Assembly: GCA_013265495.1 (NCBI GenBank)
Contig: MU061579.1
Span: 4,054,327-4,118,326 of the forward strand
Length of the DNA stretch: 64,000 nt
From: Vicugna vicugna
Taxonomy: Eukaryota
Reading direction: 5' to 3'
The notes beneath the pieces are model-generated. The model saw nothing but the letters and a program-made list of their open reading frames with translations. It did not search any database and had not been told where the DNA came from. This document shows positions 52,218-64,000 of the stretch, one piece after another (position 1 is the stretch's first letter; every line of letters starts with the position of its first letter). The translations under genes were made by a program, and so were the position numbers.

Positions 52218-53533
52218 ATCTCTCTGGCACTGCGGCTTAAGGAGTATCAGTTATCTAGTTCTCCTGGAGACGCTGTGCTCTTAATGATTTTATCAAGAGG
52301 TCTTTTTGTCTTCGCCCTGTTTCACGAACTCAGCTTGCTGTTTCCAGAGGCCCTGTCTTGGCACCCTCTTCTGTGCTGCTCCCAGTGGCTGTCGGCTAGC
52401 AGATCGCACCCCCTCCCAACACCTGGTTCAGGTGCTGAGCTCTTATCTGGTGGGCAGGCGGGTCACTCCCCCTCCCGATGCCGCAGTCAAATGCTGTGCT
52501 CAGGGAGGCAGGAGGGTGGATTGCGCCCCCTCCCAGCACCGTGGTCAGGTGCCGCGTTCCTGCCAGGAAAGAGGGTTGCCACCTGCCCTTTCCTGGCGCA
52601 GGTCACTCTGCTGCTCTGTGCAGCTGCCTGCTCCATCTCGGGTCGGTGTTCCGATGGCGGGCTCAGGGAAGACCACGGAACAGCCCTGCCTCTGCTCCAT
52701 GCCAAATTTCAGCTCCTTGTTTGTCTTGGCGGCGTGAGTTCTCTGAGGTGCCAGGGCAGAAAGATCCTATCTGCCTCCAGCTGTAAACAAGTCTCAGTCC
52801 TGCCTAGGAGATTGCAGAGCCCCTGGGTGCGGATTCATGTCTTGGTCCCACACCAACCCTGGCGCTGCGCACAGGAGAATATGGCGGCTGTGGCTGCGCC
52901 CCACCTCTCTTCTCGTGAGAAGCACCAGTGATGGCGGTGCAGGTCTGAGGAGACATAGGCTATGGCGCCCCTCCCCCCAGGACACACCAGCCGTGTTGCT
53001 TTGCTTTTTTCGCAATTTATGGGAAGACGAGGTTGTTCTGCTCCATATCCCCTCCCAGCCACAGTGCGCAGCCCTCTACAGTCCCCCGGGGCTGCCTCAG
53101 TGCAGCCGCCCCAGTCCTTCGCCCGGCTCGGGCGGCCCATCCTGGCATCAGCTGCCGGCTCGAGTTTGGGGCTGGGTATTGCGGGGACCCTTTGTGCCCA
53201 TTTAACTCAGTTCTGTCCATCAACAGGTGTTTGGGGCAGATCTGAGCCTCGGAGGCTCCCCCTCCATCCCACTGTTCTCTCCGTTGGAGAGGGGAGACCC
53301 AGCAAATGAGTGCCAGTCCTCCTTTGCTGCCCCCTCCCCGTGGGATCGGTACCACACTGTTTTTCTTTTTCTTTTTTTTTCCTTTTCTCCTACCAGATTT
53401 TTGGAATCTTTGTCTTTCGAAGAGGGTGATGTTCTGTCAGAGTTTGACAGGTGCTCTGTTTGGCTGAGTGGGTCTGTAGATGTGAGTTTTGGTGTATTTG
53501 TGGGAGAGGGTGAGCTACAAGCATCCTTCTACT

Positions 53534-53543
53534 CCGCCATCTT
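53534..53543 (-). promoter_or_regulatory. YY1-type motif at L1 5' end
   Basis: AAGATGGCGG on the minus strand, immediately inside the TSD. Confidence 0.7.
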
Positions 53544-56269
53544 ATAATCGTTCTGTCTTAAGTGTTCCGGTACTAATAACAAAGACTACTCCATCCAAAA
53601 AGTTAGTAATTATTATGAATAAGCAAAAATAAAACAACATAAAAAGTCTTAAATATTTTGAGTTTTTGGCATTTATTTCCACTTTTAACTTGGTTGAATA
53701 TTTTTGCCAAACTTGGATTTAAAAAAAATAGACCAAGATACTACAAAGAAAATACCTGTTTGGCACTTAGCAATTCTCTTTATCTCTACCTCTGTGAGTG
53801 TAATTTACTGTGTTTCTTGTTGATGTTGCTGCTTAGTAATTAAAGAAATTTGAACCAATGCTCAGAAACCCAAAAGGAAGAAAATGAATGGCTGCACATT
53901 AGTTTAAGCATGGATTTGAGGATGTAATTTATTTATGAACTAATGAATTAATTCATGAGAATCTGGATGTGGTTATGGGATTAAGGTTCTTTGCTCTGTA
54001 ATCTTTGTTCTGAAAATGTATAGTTTAGAGGTTTTAGCCAGCTGGTGACTAAGACCATTAAATGTAAGCCAGGTTGGTTTCTTTTTTTTCACTCACACAG
54101 TCACCTCAAAGCCAAACATAAGGACTACCTTCTGTCAAAATCAATATGCTTTTGAGGACAAATATATTTCATAGAAAAAAGTTAAGCTTACTCCAGACAA
54201 CCTTCCTGTTTTCTTTTCAGGTCAAGCCTTTTTTAAAATTAAGTAAGCAATAATCTAAGTATGAATCTATGATTACAGAATAAGATCCTGAGAAATATTA
54301 CATAATGAAAATGTGATGCAAAAATCTCAATTTTTCGGAAACTAATAACTACCTATGTACACAAGCACTCCAGAATATAGTTTTAGACTGCTGCTACTGA
54401 AGCGCTTCTTTCAAAGATATTGAAAAGGTAAACAATTTCTTTTACCAAAGATATTGATTAGGATCAGAAATGCTCAAAATCTTGAAGACATTTAAACTTT
54501 AAAGTGTTGTCTCTAAGGTCTTGCATAATTTTAAGACAAAAAGAGTAAAGCAGTTAAGGGGAGACTGAGACATTTGATCAGATAAAATGTGTTTCTTACA
54601 CAGAGTCTAGATTAGCAGATGGCTTGAGTTTCTGCTTCCACTCCCAGAGACTGATATCCATAATCATTGCTGGGCCAGCAACAACCAGAGACAGCAGATA
54701 GGAGGTAAAGAAGTTCCATCTCTTGTGTTCTTAAAAGCCTTAAGTGGGTTGTTTCCATCCTGAAGTCTAGCATGAAGAAGATAGCCTTGCAGTTGACATT
54801 GTTAAATATGAAAAACCCAAAAGCAATAATGTAAATAAATCTAAGCAATCAATCATAGAGAGACTCAAATGTAAAGTTCAAATCTTTTATCTTCTTAAGA
54901 CCCCTGTAACAATGCCCAAGAATTAACAGGTGAAGTAGACTCTCTTCTTACTTTTACAGAAAGTAAGCTATATTTTTTTAGTGACCACCCCCCATACTGA
55001 TTTTGTTAGCGTGAATTATTTATTTGTATATGTGTTCCATTTACTCAAGAAGTCAGAGAGTTCCTGGAGAATTGGCACCAGTTCTATATCCTTCTCACAG
55101 TCCTTTGCACATGGAAATTATTAAGTAAACATTTTCTAATTAATGAATAAACAATGGAGCAGCACATTAACTAAGGGCAGCTAAGCTACAAAATTACTAA
55201 CTGTCATTAAGCTGATAATAGGACATGATTAGGAAAAACACAATAGATTTGTTTTAGTGAAGAGAAGGTTTGGCAAGTGGCAACTTGGGGGCATTTCAGC
55301 TGTAGAAGTTTGAGCTGGTGAAAGGCAGAATGAGGGCTTGCATTGCCTGGGGAGGCTATTGAGGAAGTGATTGTTGGGAAGAAGAGCAGGGGAAAGGGAA
55401 AGCAGTGGATGACTTCACTTACTTTACTGTTTTTCTCAGACTTGGCTCTGAAAATGGATTTCAAAAAAAGCAAAATGCCCTGATTTATATAACTATAATT
55501 ATAATAATGACAATAAAAATAATAAGTGGTATTTACTGTTTATTAAATAGTGAGCATACTTGCCTGAGAACATACAAGATAGAATTTTCTTTTTGCTTTT
55601 TACCATTATCTTATGAGTTTCTTCTCCTCTGATATGGTACATGTGCAGTCTTATATGATTGTCAATAGGGCTTGGTGTTAAAGAGTGTGGACTCTGAATT
55701 TAGAATGCCTGCACTTCACTGTTATTAACCGAATGACAGGACCAACACACAGTATAAGGCTTTATAATTGAGGTTATATATGTAGAACATACTAAGGACT
55801 AAAGTTGGAGCCAGAAAGTTGAACCAGCTTGCCCAAAGGCACTCAGATGAGTGGAAGAAGGCTGGATGCTCACCCAAAATGTTAAGAAAGACTAAAGAAA
55901 AAAACGTATGTTGGATAGGCAACCAAGAGTGTACAGTACATTCTGCCTCTGACTACTCAGTGAGGCAGGTTACTAATCCTAACAGAATTAATCACTCACT
56001 TAACCAAGAGAAATCCCTTACCCTCAAGCTCTCCACCCTAGTTTACCACAAGGTAAAGCAGAGTGGGAGAAGTGATAGGAAATTGGGAGAAAGAAAATCC
56101 GTTGCCAGCAGGTGTTAAGGCTAGAATTTAAATGCAATTATTACAGCATTTATTAAGCAATAATAGGTATCAAAATGTGAGAAATCAGATGGAAGTTAAT
56201 GAAGTAATGCCAGGGTTCACATTAAAACTAAGACATTTAGACACATTTGCAAAGCAGCAAGATATACAA

Positions 56270-56470
56270 GTTGAAAGCACAGGCTTAGGAAACAACTACC
56301 TGAGATTCAGATACTGCATCTTCCTTTGATTAACTATACCACTTCTCTCTACCTGCATGTTTTCCTCTGTAAAACAAGGATACCATTAACATACACTGCA
56401 TGTGGTGGTTGGGAAGAGTAAATGGGACAATCCAAATTAAAGTGCCTGGCCCCAAATAAATGACCAATTA
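56270..56470 (+). mobile_element. MIR
   Basis: gaaagcacaggcttagga...cctgagattcagatactg...ttttcctctgtaaaacaaggata...aaagtgcctggc. Confidence 0.65.
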
Positions 56471-59400
56471 AATATGTTTTGTAATATCATATGAAATAAT
56501 TTCTTCTTGACCTGGCCTTGGAAATTCATCTAATTAGAAATGCATATTTGTCTCTATTTCTCCATAATATCAGAAATATAAAATTATAGATCTAATTATA
56601 ACAACTAAGAAACTTATGTTGTAATGAACAAAGTGCCATTTATTTCAGCTTTGAAACTTTATGAATGCTAAAGAAGGAAACATGACATTATTTGACTAGA
56701 ACAGGTATTTAATTTTTATATAAATCTATGTCTCTCAGATAATATTTGGGTATTAAAATAGATACATAAAATTATGTTCTACCATATTACAGCATTAAGC
56801 AAACCCTGATGTACTTGTTAATTAAAGCCTTGAAAATGTTAACACCAGACAGTTTAAATGTCAGCAAACTATGAACATAGCTAATTAAAATTTAAGAGCA
56901 ATATTTACATGATGGTTTTCATAGGAAATATGTTTATATTTAACATATGAGGAGGAATGATCATTCAACTAGAAATCCATGGTGTGGCCTTAACAATTGT
57001 TTACGGCTTCTGTTCTGAATGGTTGGTGTATTTAGGTGCCTTGTTTATGTGTTCTGAATTCAAACACGCTATACAAAACCCTGGATTAATTTTATAAAAA
57101 AAAATCTGATACAAGTGTTAATGCAACAGTGTGACCAATTTTCCTTTTTAATTCCATTTTCTAATAGTAAATTCTTTCCTAAAAGGTGCACTCATTGAGG
57201 ACAGTTAGACACACATATGGAACATGCATTTTGCTAAAGTGTGATAGATAATATTGAATGGTACTGAAAGTCTGAAAGTCCACATCTAAATTTTCTTTGA
57301 CAATATTGGAAGTATATAACCTCTTTGATTTCAATTAAAAGCTGAAAATTCTTATTTTATACTAGATTTTATTAGTTTTTAAATGATGTAATATGGTAAC
57401 AAATACAGAAATATTTTGAAAAACAGTACTGCTTAAAATCATGCTGAGTATTATGCATATTTTATCCCTTTGACAAGTGGAACCAAATAATCTCCATTAC
57501 TTTCTTACTTGTTGTCAATGTGCAAAAAAATTGGACTCTTTAATTTTTGTTTTATACATATGTTTGAATATAATGGAATTTATATTTGTCAAATATTTAA
57601 TGCCAGTATACTAGCATAACAAGACTTCTCATATATTTTTCTCACATATTTTTAAACCAAATTCATTATCACTTTTTGCATATTATTTTTTCTATGAACA
57701 TTACATTTAAACATGAAATAAGAAATAAAAAAGATATCTTGATTCATCAATAATAATGGAAGTAAAATTCTAATAAGAATGAAGGTAATAATTTTGGGGT
57801 ATACTTAATGTGTCTCAGACCTCATCTTAATCATATAACATTTAAGCCACACATAGTCTTAAATTACAGATAATCTGCTTCTCATTTACAGTGGAAGACA
57901 CTCGTGCTAAGAAAGGACACAGAGCCTGGGGTCACCCTGTTAATCACATAATACAAAAGGTGGACATTTATTTAGTATTAAATTGAGTATGACATGCTTA
58001 TCTTGATGTTGGGGGCTTCCTTACATAATCGAAAATAAATATATGCATTTTTTGGCTAAGTCTGATGGAGAACTATATAATTTCTACTGAACAGAACTAT
58101 ATTATTTCTAGTCTCTTAAATATCTATAAAAATACAAATGTATTTAGAGAGACAGCAAGGTCAATTTTAACCTGATGTATTCATAAAATTGAAATTGCCA
58201 AGCAGAACAAGTTGAAAATGCAATGTACAACATTTTCATATGAGCACACTGAATTTAATTTATAAGTGAATTTTTAGTATAGATCTTTCAAAATGTGAAC
58301 AAATTTTAAGAAACCAAAATTTGATCCCTAAAACTAGTGTACTGAAGTAAAGTTCCAGAAAACTCCCTTAGTTCCAGAAAACTCCATTGTTTACATTACT
58401 TACGTATCCACCTAGGGATTTCTCCTATCTGAATCAACCCCTCTTAGCAAAATATTTTTAAAGTATCCCCAAAGCTTTTATAAATTTATTGTAACTGCAT
58501 TTTTTCACTATTTCTGTAATCTGCCTTCCTCCCAGGAGAAGTGAAGAACCTGATGGATGTAATACCTCCAGAAATACTCTTTTTTTATTATTTATCATAA
58601 GTATTAATTATTTGTGGAAATCATGCACGGAAACCAATAAATGGTCATCAGCCATCAAAATGCAATTCAACCTGACATAGGAAAAAAAAAGCCCTTGTTT
58701 CAAGTAGTAAAATGATGGGAAAGGCAGGGCTCAGCACAAAAATAGCAGCAGTGCTTAGATGTCTCAGTACCATGTTCCCTTCCAACTTTTTCTACACAGT
58801 TGGAAGTAAGACCACTTATATAACTAGACATGCATCTGCCATCAGAGGATAGCATGTTAGGAATACTAGTGGAGGGTGCCAGTTGGCCTAGTGTGGATCA
58901 GAGGCCCATTCTGGAAGTCACTGATGGTCTGGCTTTTCAGTGAGCTGGGGTATGTATTTAACTCATCTTCAGTAGATCCTAGCCATTAAATCACTGAATC
59001 CAAACAGCCTGAACATGGGAGATGACAAATTCCACTAGATCACAGTAGTAAATGAGAGAGCTAGGCACATTTTGTAGTAGACACAGAGTGCTGGTAAGGA
59101 GGAACAGCATAAATGTGTCCTTTACCACCTAAAATTGAAATTAGGTACTTATGGGTAATGTCTTTCCCATTAGACTGTGAATTCTGGTTCTTGGCTTAAG
59201 AATGATATCTTTGAAATGTCAAAATCTACTATAGAACCTGGCACATATGTGTGCTCAATAAATAGAACCACATTTAATACAGGATTAAGATTGTATAAAC
59301 TATTTCTTCAGTAATGGTTTAAATTCTATTGGTTATTGGTTACAGTAGTTATATTGTGCTATTTATTTCTTAGCTCTAAAGCAAATCATTTGCTTATGTT

Positions 59401-60174
59401 TACACTTCAAAATTTCCTTTGTTATATCAATCATCCTAATGAAACTTAGTCTTCCTTCTTTTTCAGAATATGAATCAGTAATGAATTTACATTTTAGTTT
59501 AATTCAGTAAACGTGTAATCTTCTTCTGGTCTTGGAGATTTGTCTTTTTATTTTTTTAATAATATTAAAATAACAAGAATCATCCTTCATACAAGCTCCT
59601 TTTCTCAGCCTATAACCATTCAATAGACTTTGTTAAAAGGAATACCTTCCAAAAGGGATTTTGGTTCCAAAAATATTTTCAGGCACATTAAAAGATGATG
59701 ATTCTTAGCAATAGGGAGCTATCACAAACACATATTGTTAACATTTAATAATAATTAATTAAATGTGCGCTAGAGCAGGTTATATTATGAAGTGATTAAA
59801 AACTTCCACCAAGGAGTAGTTTTTTGCCTTGTTAGTTTCTTTTTTCTAATCCCTGAAGAAAGGATTAGGATTATGTTTCTAAATAGTTTTGTATTGCAGC
59901 ATTCTCTTCTCAGGCTTGAATAGTTTTAAAAGCTACAGATTTATTTTGCATTTACATCCTTCTAATTTTATTGCTTGTATCAAATGATACATAGAACAAG
60001 TATAGATTCTATCATGTTTTGTAGACCTTTTATATTCTCTACTTGCTCTTACCTTTATTTTCTATAATTGACTTCTCATATATAATTCATTACTAAAATT
60101 ATTTATGAAGAAATGTCATCAGATATTTTCATTAGATATTATGTTAGACTGTGGCTAACTTGCCTGTAGGTATT

Positions 60175-60290
60175 TGTTAACCCTCTCCTCACTTTAAAGA
60201 TGTGGAAAAAAAGGGAACACAGATATGAATTACTTTACTCAAGGTCACACGATGGGTAAAACATCAAAGCAGTACCTAGAATTTGTCCAT
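60175..60290 (-). mobile_element. MIR fragment
   Basis: cctcactttaaagatgtggaaa...tactttactcaaggtcacac. Confidence 0.55.
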
Positions 60291-60782
60291 TTCATTAAAT
60301 ATAATGTAGTAGAAAGCTATCATAATTATAAGAACCCATTATACAAGACACTGCTCTGGACTCTAAAGAAGTAGAAATGAATGTTATCTAAGGCATGCGG
60401 GTCATTTTGTCTGAAAAACAGAGACAATCTAGGGTATGGAAAGGTCCCCAAAAGGTTCTTACATACATCCTGTGTTACCAATGTAAATTCTGTGAATTTC
60501 CTTTCACTTTATACATTTTTTTCTGTTAAACATTAAAAAACAATGTTTTATTTTCAATATGCTGATTTATATTATTTTGAGGAAAAGACATAGCTTTTCA
60601 TTGCTTGGAATATTCATTTTAGTTCTTCTCATTTACTACCTTGAAAATTTAAATAAGGTGTATTTAGCCAAGTCATTTTAATTTTCACTTTTGCGTCCTA
60701 CTGTCTGTTTTAATGTATTTTTTTCCTACATGTAAAAAATAAGAGGAAAGCCTATGATTAGAAACCATGAAATAAATTATTT

Positions 60783-60896
60783 ACTTTTTAAATTTATTTA
60801 TACATTTATTTAATTTGGAAAATACTCCTTGGGAACATTAAACTTTTTAAATTTATTTATACATTTATTTAATTTGGAAAATACTCCTTGGGAACA
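60783..60896. repeat. Perfect 55-bp tandem duplication with TTAA spacer
   Basis: ACTTTTTAAATTTATTTATACATTTATTTAATTTGGAAAATACTCCTTGGGAACA at 60783-60837 and 60842-60896. Confidence 0.95.
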
Positions 60897-63351
60897 GAAA
60901 AATACCTTTTTATTTGAGACTGGGATTTTTTGGTGGCAGTGCTGGTCTAGTCATAGCTTGTGAAGCAAAATTTCTGGACAGGACTAGCCCTCCACATGCT
61001 ATTACAGACAGCAAAATTATCCTTCCCCTGGCACATTTGCAAGAGGCAGCTCTTGGAAAGTAAACTCTCTCTGCGGGCTATTGAAATGCACACTGATCTC
61101 ATGAAAAGAATAGTGCAGCTGGTACCATGGAAGGAAGACAGTCAGATCCTTTTTGATGGAAAAATGAAGTCAGACCAAGCTTGCCTCCTTTCTTTTACAA
61201 AATGTAATTATGTAAATCACAAAGCTCCGTTATAGACAATGTTTATAATTAGTACTATTTTCCCTTTAATTTTAAATAAAGCATGCTAGTTGTGAATGTC
61301 ATGCCAACATATTTTCTACAGATGCTATAAACAATGAACAATCAGAAATCCATTTGGGTTGTTTTTGTAGTTATTATTTCAAATTGTGAAAACTCATAAT
61401 AAAAATCAATGTAATGAACAAACACCATTATATGTTGATAAACATCATACTCTTTCAATTTCAGACAAAGCCAATGAATATTAATCAGATCTTTGACTCT
61501 AAAATGATGACATCAAATGGGATTTCCAGTACCTATTAGGTTCCCTCGTAGTTCAGTTCTAAAAAGGCCACTGAAATGATTTATTGTATTCATATCTCAA
61601 AAGTTTTCAGAATTGCATTAACATATTTATCATATGCAAAGGCAAAGAAAATATTAGCTTGATAGTGAAATGGCCTGATTTCAAGACCTTGCTTGCCCTC
61701 AGGCAAACATTTTAATCTTTGGTGGTCTCATTACATGAGGTTCTAAGTTTTATCTTACTTTTTGAATATACATAAGCTGTGAATTATGGAAACTGATGAT
61801 AGAAGTTGTCAGGAAAAGATGTAAATTACAGAGTAAGTAATTACAAGTAAGTGTAGATTTACTTTCAGATTCTAAACAATAGCAAACGTCGGTTTGATTT
61901 TAGAAGCATCTGCTGAGTTTAGATAGCAGTGTATCTAAGTTATCTAGACTTGGTTTTATTATTTATTGTATAGCCATGAACTAAGAATTCACTGTCTTTA
62001 CTCTTTGGTTTCCTCATGTATGAAATAATAGGCACTGTGTAGTCTCAACAGTGGCTTTATGGTACACCATTCCATCCTCTGTGCATCAGTATAGACATAG
62101 GCAACCTTACAAAGTTTGGCCATGGCTATGTCTACATTAGAATTTCAACTCCTCAACTCCATACTTACAGATTTAGTGTTATTTGTTGTGCCATTAATAA
62201 CGGTTTATATACAGAATTATGAGAAATGACTGTAAAAATACAGCAGAGATGTGGTTACAATGTTAGACAAGTTTGAGTGTTAAAAAAATTAATGTAAACT
62301 CTATAACTCATGTCTAAATCCTCCTTCATGTAAACCACTGTAATTATTCAAATACTGGTTTATTTGGTTGTACTTAGACAATTGAACACTACCAAATCAA
62401 AGCCTCTTATTTAAAAATGGACTAGAATTTCACATGTACTTAATGTCTAAGAATATATCTATATATAGATAAAGCCAGATTTTATATAATCCATATGGTT
62501 GTGACTCTATAAGAAGTTTACCCCTAATTCTCTTATTTCCTTCAGTTCCTGTCTGTCTGACTTTTGGTTATTTCATTACTTCATAACGTTTTTACTAGCA
62601 ACTAAGCAGGGACAGGTGAAAAAGGTGAAAATTAAATCAGTCAATGTTGTTTCTTGTGTTAGCATAACTGATAAGGAAGGGCTTGAAAATAGTGTCCAAA
62701 ATGAAGTCTTTAAATATTTATGAATAGCCACTATATCAAATTACCCATGTCTCCCTTAACTGTAGAGAATCAAAAGCTAACAAATTTACGACTAGACTTC
62801 AGTACGTTTACTTGGATGAAAGAAGTATAACACTATGCAGGTAGTTTTCAGCTGCCACAACATCAAAAATATTATGTGAATTATAACTTCTATATAGCAG
62901 ACTTATACTGTATACTGTAGTATTCTATGTGCTTTACATTGACAGTTTTAATTCATCTTAATTCTTCCATAGTATGTTCTATATCCTCCATTTTCTTTAA
63001 CTCCATGGTGTTTTTCAATCTTTTGTTTAATAGAAATGAATGTGCGACACAATGGGTTAAATCAGAGGAGGCTGCTCCCTGCTGAGGATAACTGTGCACT
63101 GTCCTGCAAGCAGTAGTGACACACCAGCTAGGAAGCTATAGAGGGCGATCCAGAGGAGAGAGACATCGTGCTTTCTTCTCTGCAGTACTTCCCTCATTCT
63201 GTCCACCTTATGACTTGCTTTTCTTTCACCAAAATGGCCACATGCAAATTGATTCTTAGAAACCTTCTGAACCTCTTTTATTTAGAAAAACCACAGAAAA
63301 GGCTAACTCCTTATTTGGAATCAGAATGACAGCCTTATTCCACCCCAGAGC

Positions 63352-63995
63352 CAAGGGCTAGCTACATAATTTGCAGGGCCAGAGTAAAAGGAAAAATGTT
63401 GCAAAAATCCAATGCACTGTGGGTGAATGATTCCCCAGTATCTCAATCTTCATCCCCAGATACAGTTATCAGGATCAGGAATGAAAGAAGGGCTCCTGCA
63501 GAGACACCTGCCAGATATGCTGTGCTGTGGTGCTGTCATCTCAAGGGAGAGGAGGTTGTGTTGCCCCACCCTAGGAGCCCATGAGGCATGCATCTGACCT
63601 GACAGTCCCTGTACCCACACTCCCAGCAGGGACAAAATGTGATGGTAGAATACAGGACTCCCTGCTCCAGTGATGCAACCCAGTTGCAGCCCTAGGCAGA
63701 GGGCAGCTACAGATACAAACCAGGTGTTGGAAGAAGGAGTCTGAGTGGGGACCAAGGTGTCAGAAGGTCAGAAATGGACAGAGAAGTACCCTCCCTGGGA
63801 AGGTTGAGGACAGTAGAAAGCAGGGTTACATGAGCCAAGATTCCAAGCTCGCAGTGCAGGCTCCATTGTCCCATCAAACTGCACTTACAAAACACACATT
63901 GGAAGAGAAAGTTATTGAGACTTTCAACATAATGAAAGCAGAACATTAAATCCCAAGACCCTTCTGAATGTGGGGACCTGTATGACTACACATCT
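63352..63995 (-). mobile_element. hAT-Tip100 element, MER45B/C-like
   Basis: Starts agggctagctacataatttgcagggccagagtaaaaggaaaaatg and ends agaacattaaa...cccttctgaatgtggggacctgtatgactacaca, matching both MER45 termini as recalled. Confidence 0.75.
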
Positions 63996-64000
63996 TAAAT

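Larger units (their letters stand above)
50035..53543 (-). mobile_element. LINE-1 with both termini and TSD but most of ORF2 deleted (~3.5 kb element)
   Basis: 5' AAGATGGCGGAGTAG at 53543; GC-rich 5'UTR; ORF1; spacer; first ~73 ORF2 codons fused at ~50725 to the ORF2 C-terminus (PLWKTVWRFLKRL...CTPMFIAALFTIARTW); 3'UTR; poly(A) at ~50035-50060. TSD ATAATTGTGCTGTCTT (50019-50034) / ATAATCGTTCTGTCTT (53544-53559). Confidence 0.95.

Noticed and set aside
52250..52270. Absence of the 5'UTR array in the second L1 explained by splicing
   Set aside because: The inferred breakpoints in the first L1 do not show GT...AG dinucleotides on the sense strand.
52182..52931. 249-aa plus-strand ORF (and overlapping ORFs at 4729-5961 and 52306-53547)
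   Set aside because: They lie in GC-rich L1 5'UTRs, where stops are rare. The long frame is not preserved in the sister L1 and has no recognisable protein features.
58351..58385. 16-bp direct repeat AGTTCCAGAAAACTCC and scattered 8-9 bp hairpins (e.g. 39351-39371)
   Set aside because: Ordinary micro-duplication or chance-level palindromes with no further structure.
1..64000. Short ORFs of the six-frame track as host genes
   Set aside because: Apart from L1 ORF1/ORF2 pieces they are 60-250 aa, low-complexity or antisense to repeats, without recognisable domains or exon structure.

Overview
Gene-poor, AT-rich mammalian genomic DNA, most likely camelid, judged from a Vic-1-like tRNA-derived SINE. 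No host protein-coding exon can be supported: the only real protein homologies in the ORF track are decayed LINE-1 ORF1/ORF2. The window holds two related, relatively young minus-strand L1 elements. One (1-~5920) runs off the left edge and has a ~1.1 kb three-unit AT-rich array in its 5'UTR. The other (50035-53543) keeps both ends and a TSD but lacks most of ORF2. There are also many old repeats (MaLR/MLT1, ERV1/MER LTRs, L1M, L2, MIR, Tigger, hAT) and a 175-N assembly gap. The most interesting structure is a ~3.1 kb retro-insertion (21550-24656) that splits an MLT1 LTR. It is bounded by a 19-bp TSD and, on the minus strand, reads: 42-bp young-L1 3' stub + A-tail, 273-bp CpG-rich block, antisense old L1M, unique sequence, AATAAA, poly(A). 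This is either an L1 3' transduction or a chimeric retrocopy of a CpG-island transcript. Repeat subfamily names come from my recall of consensus sequences, not from a database search, and old-repeat boundaries are approximate.
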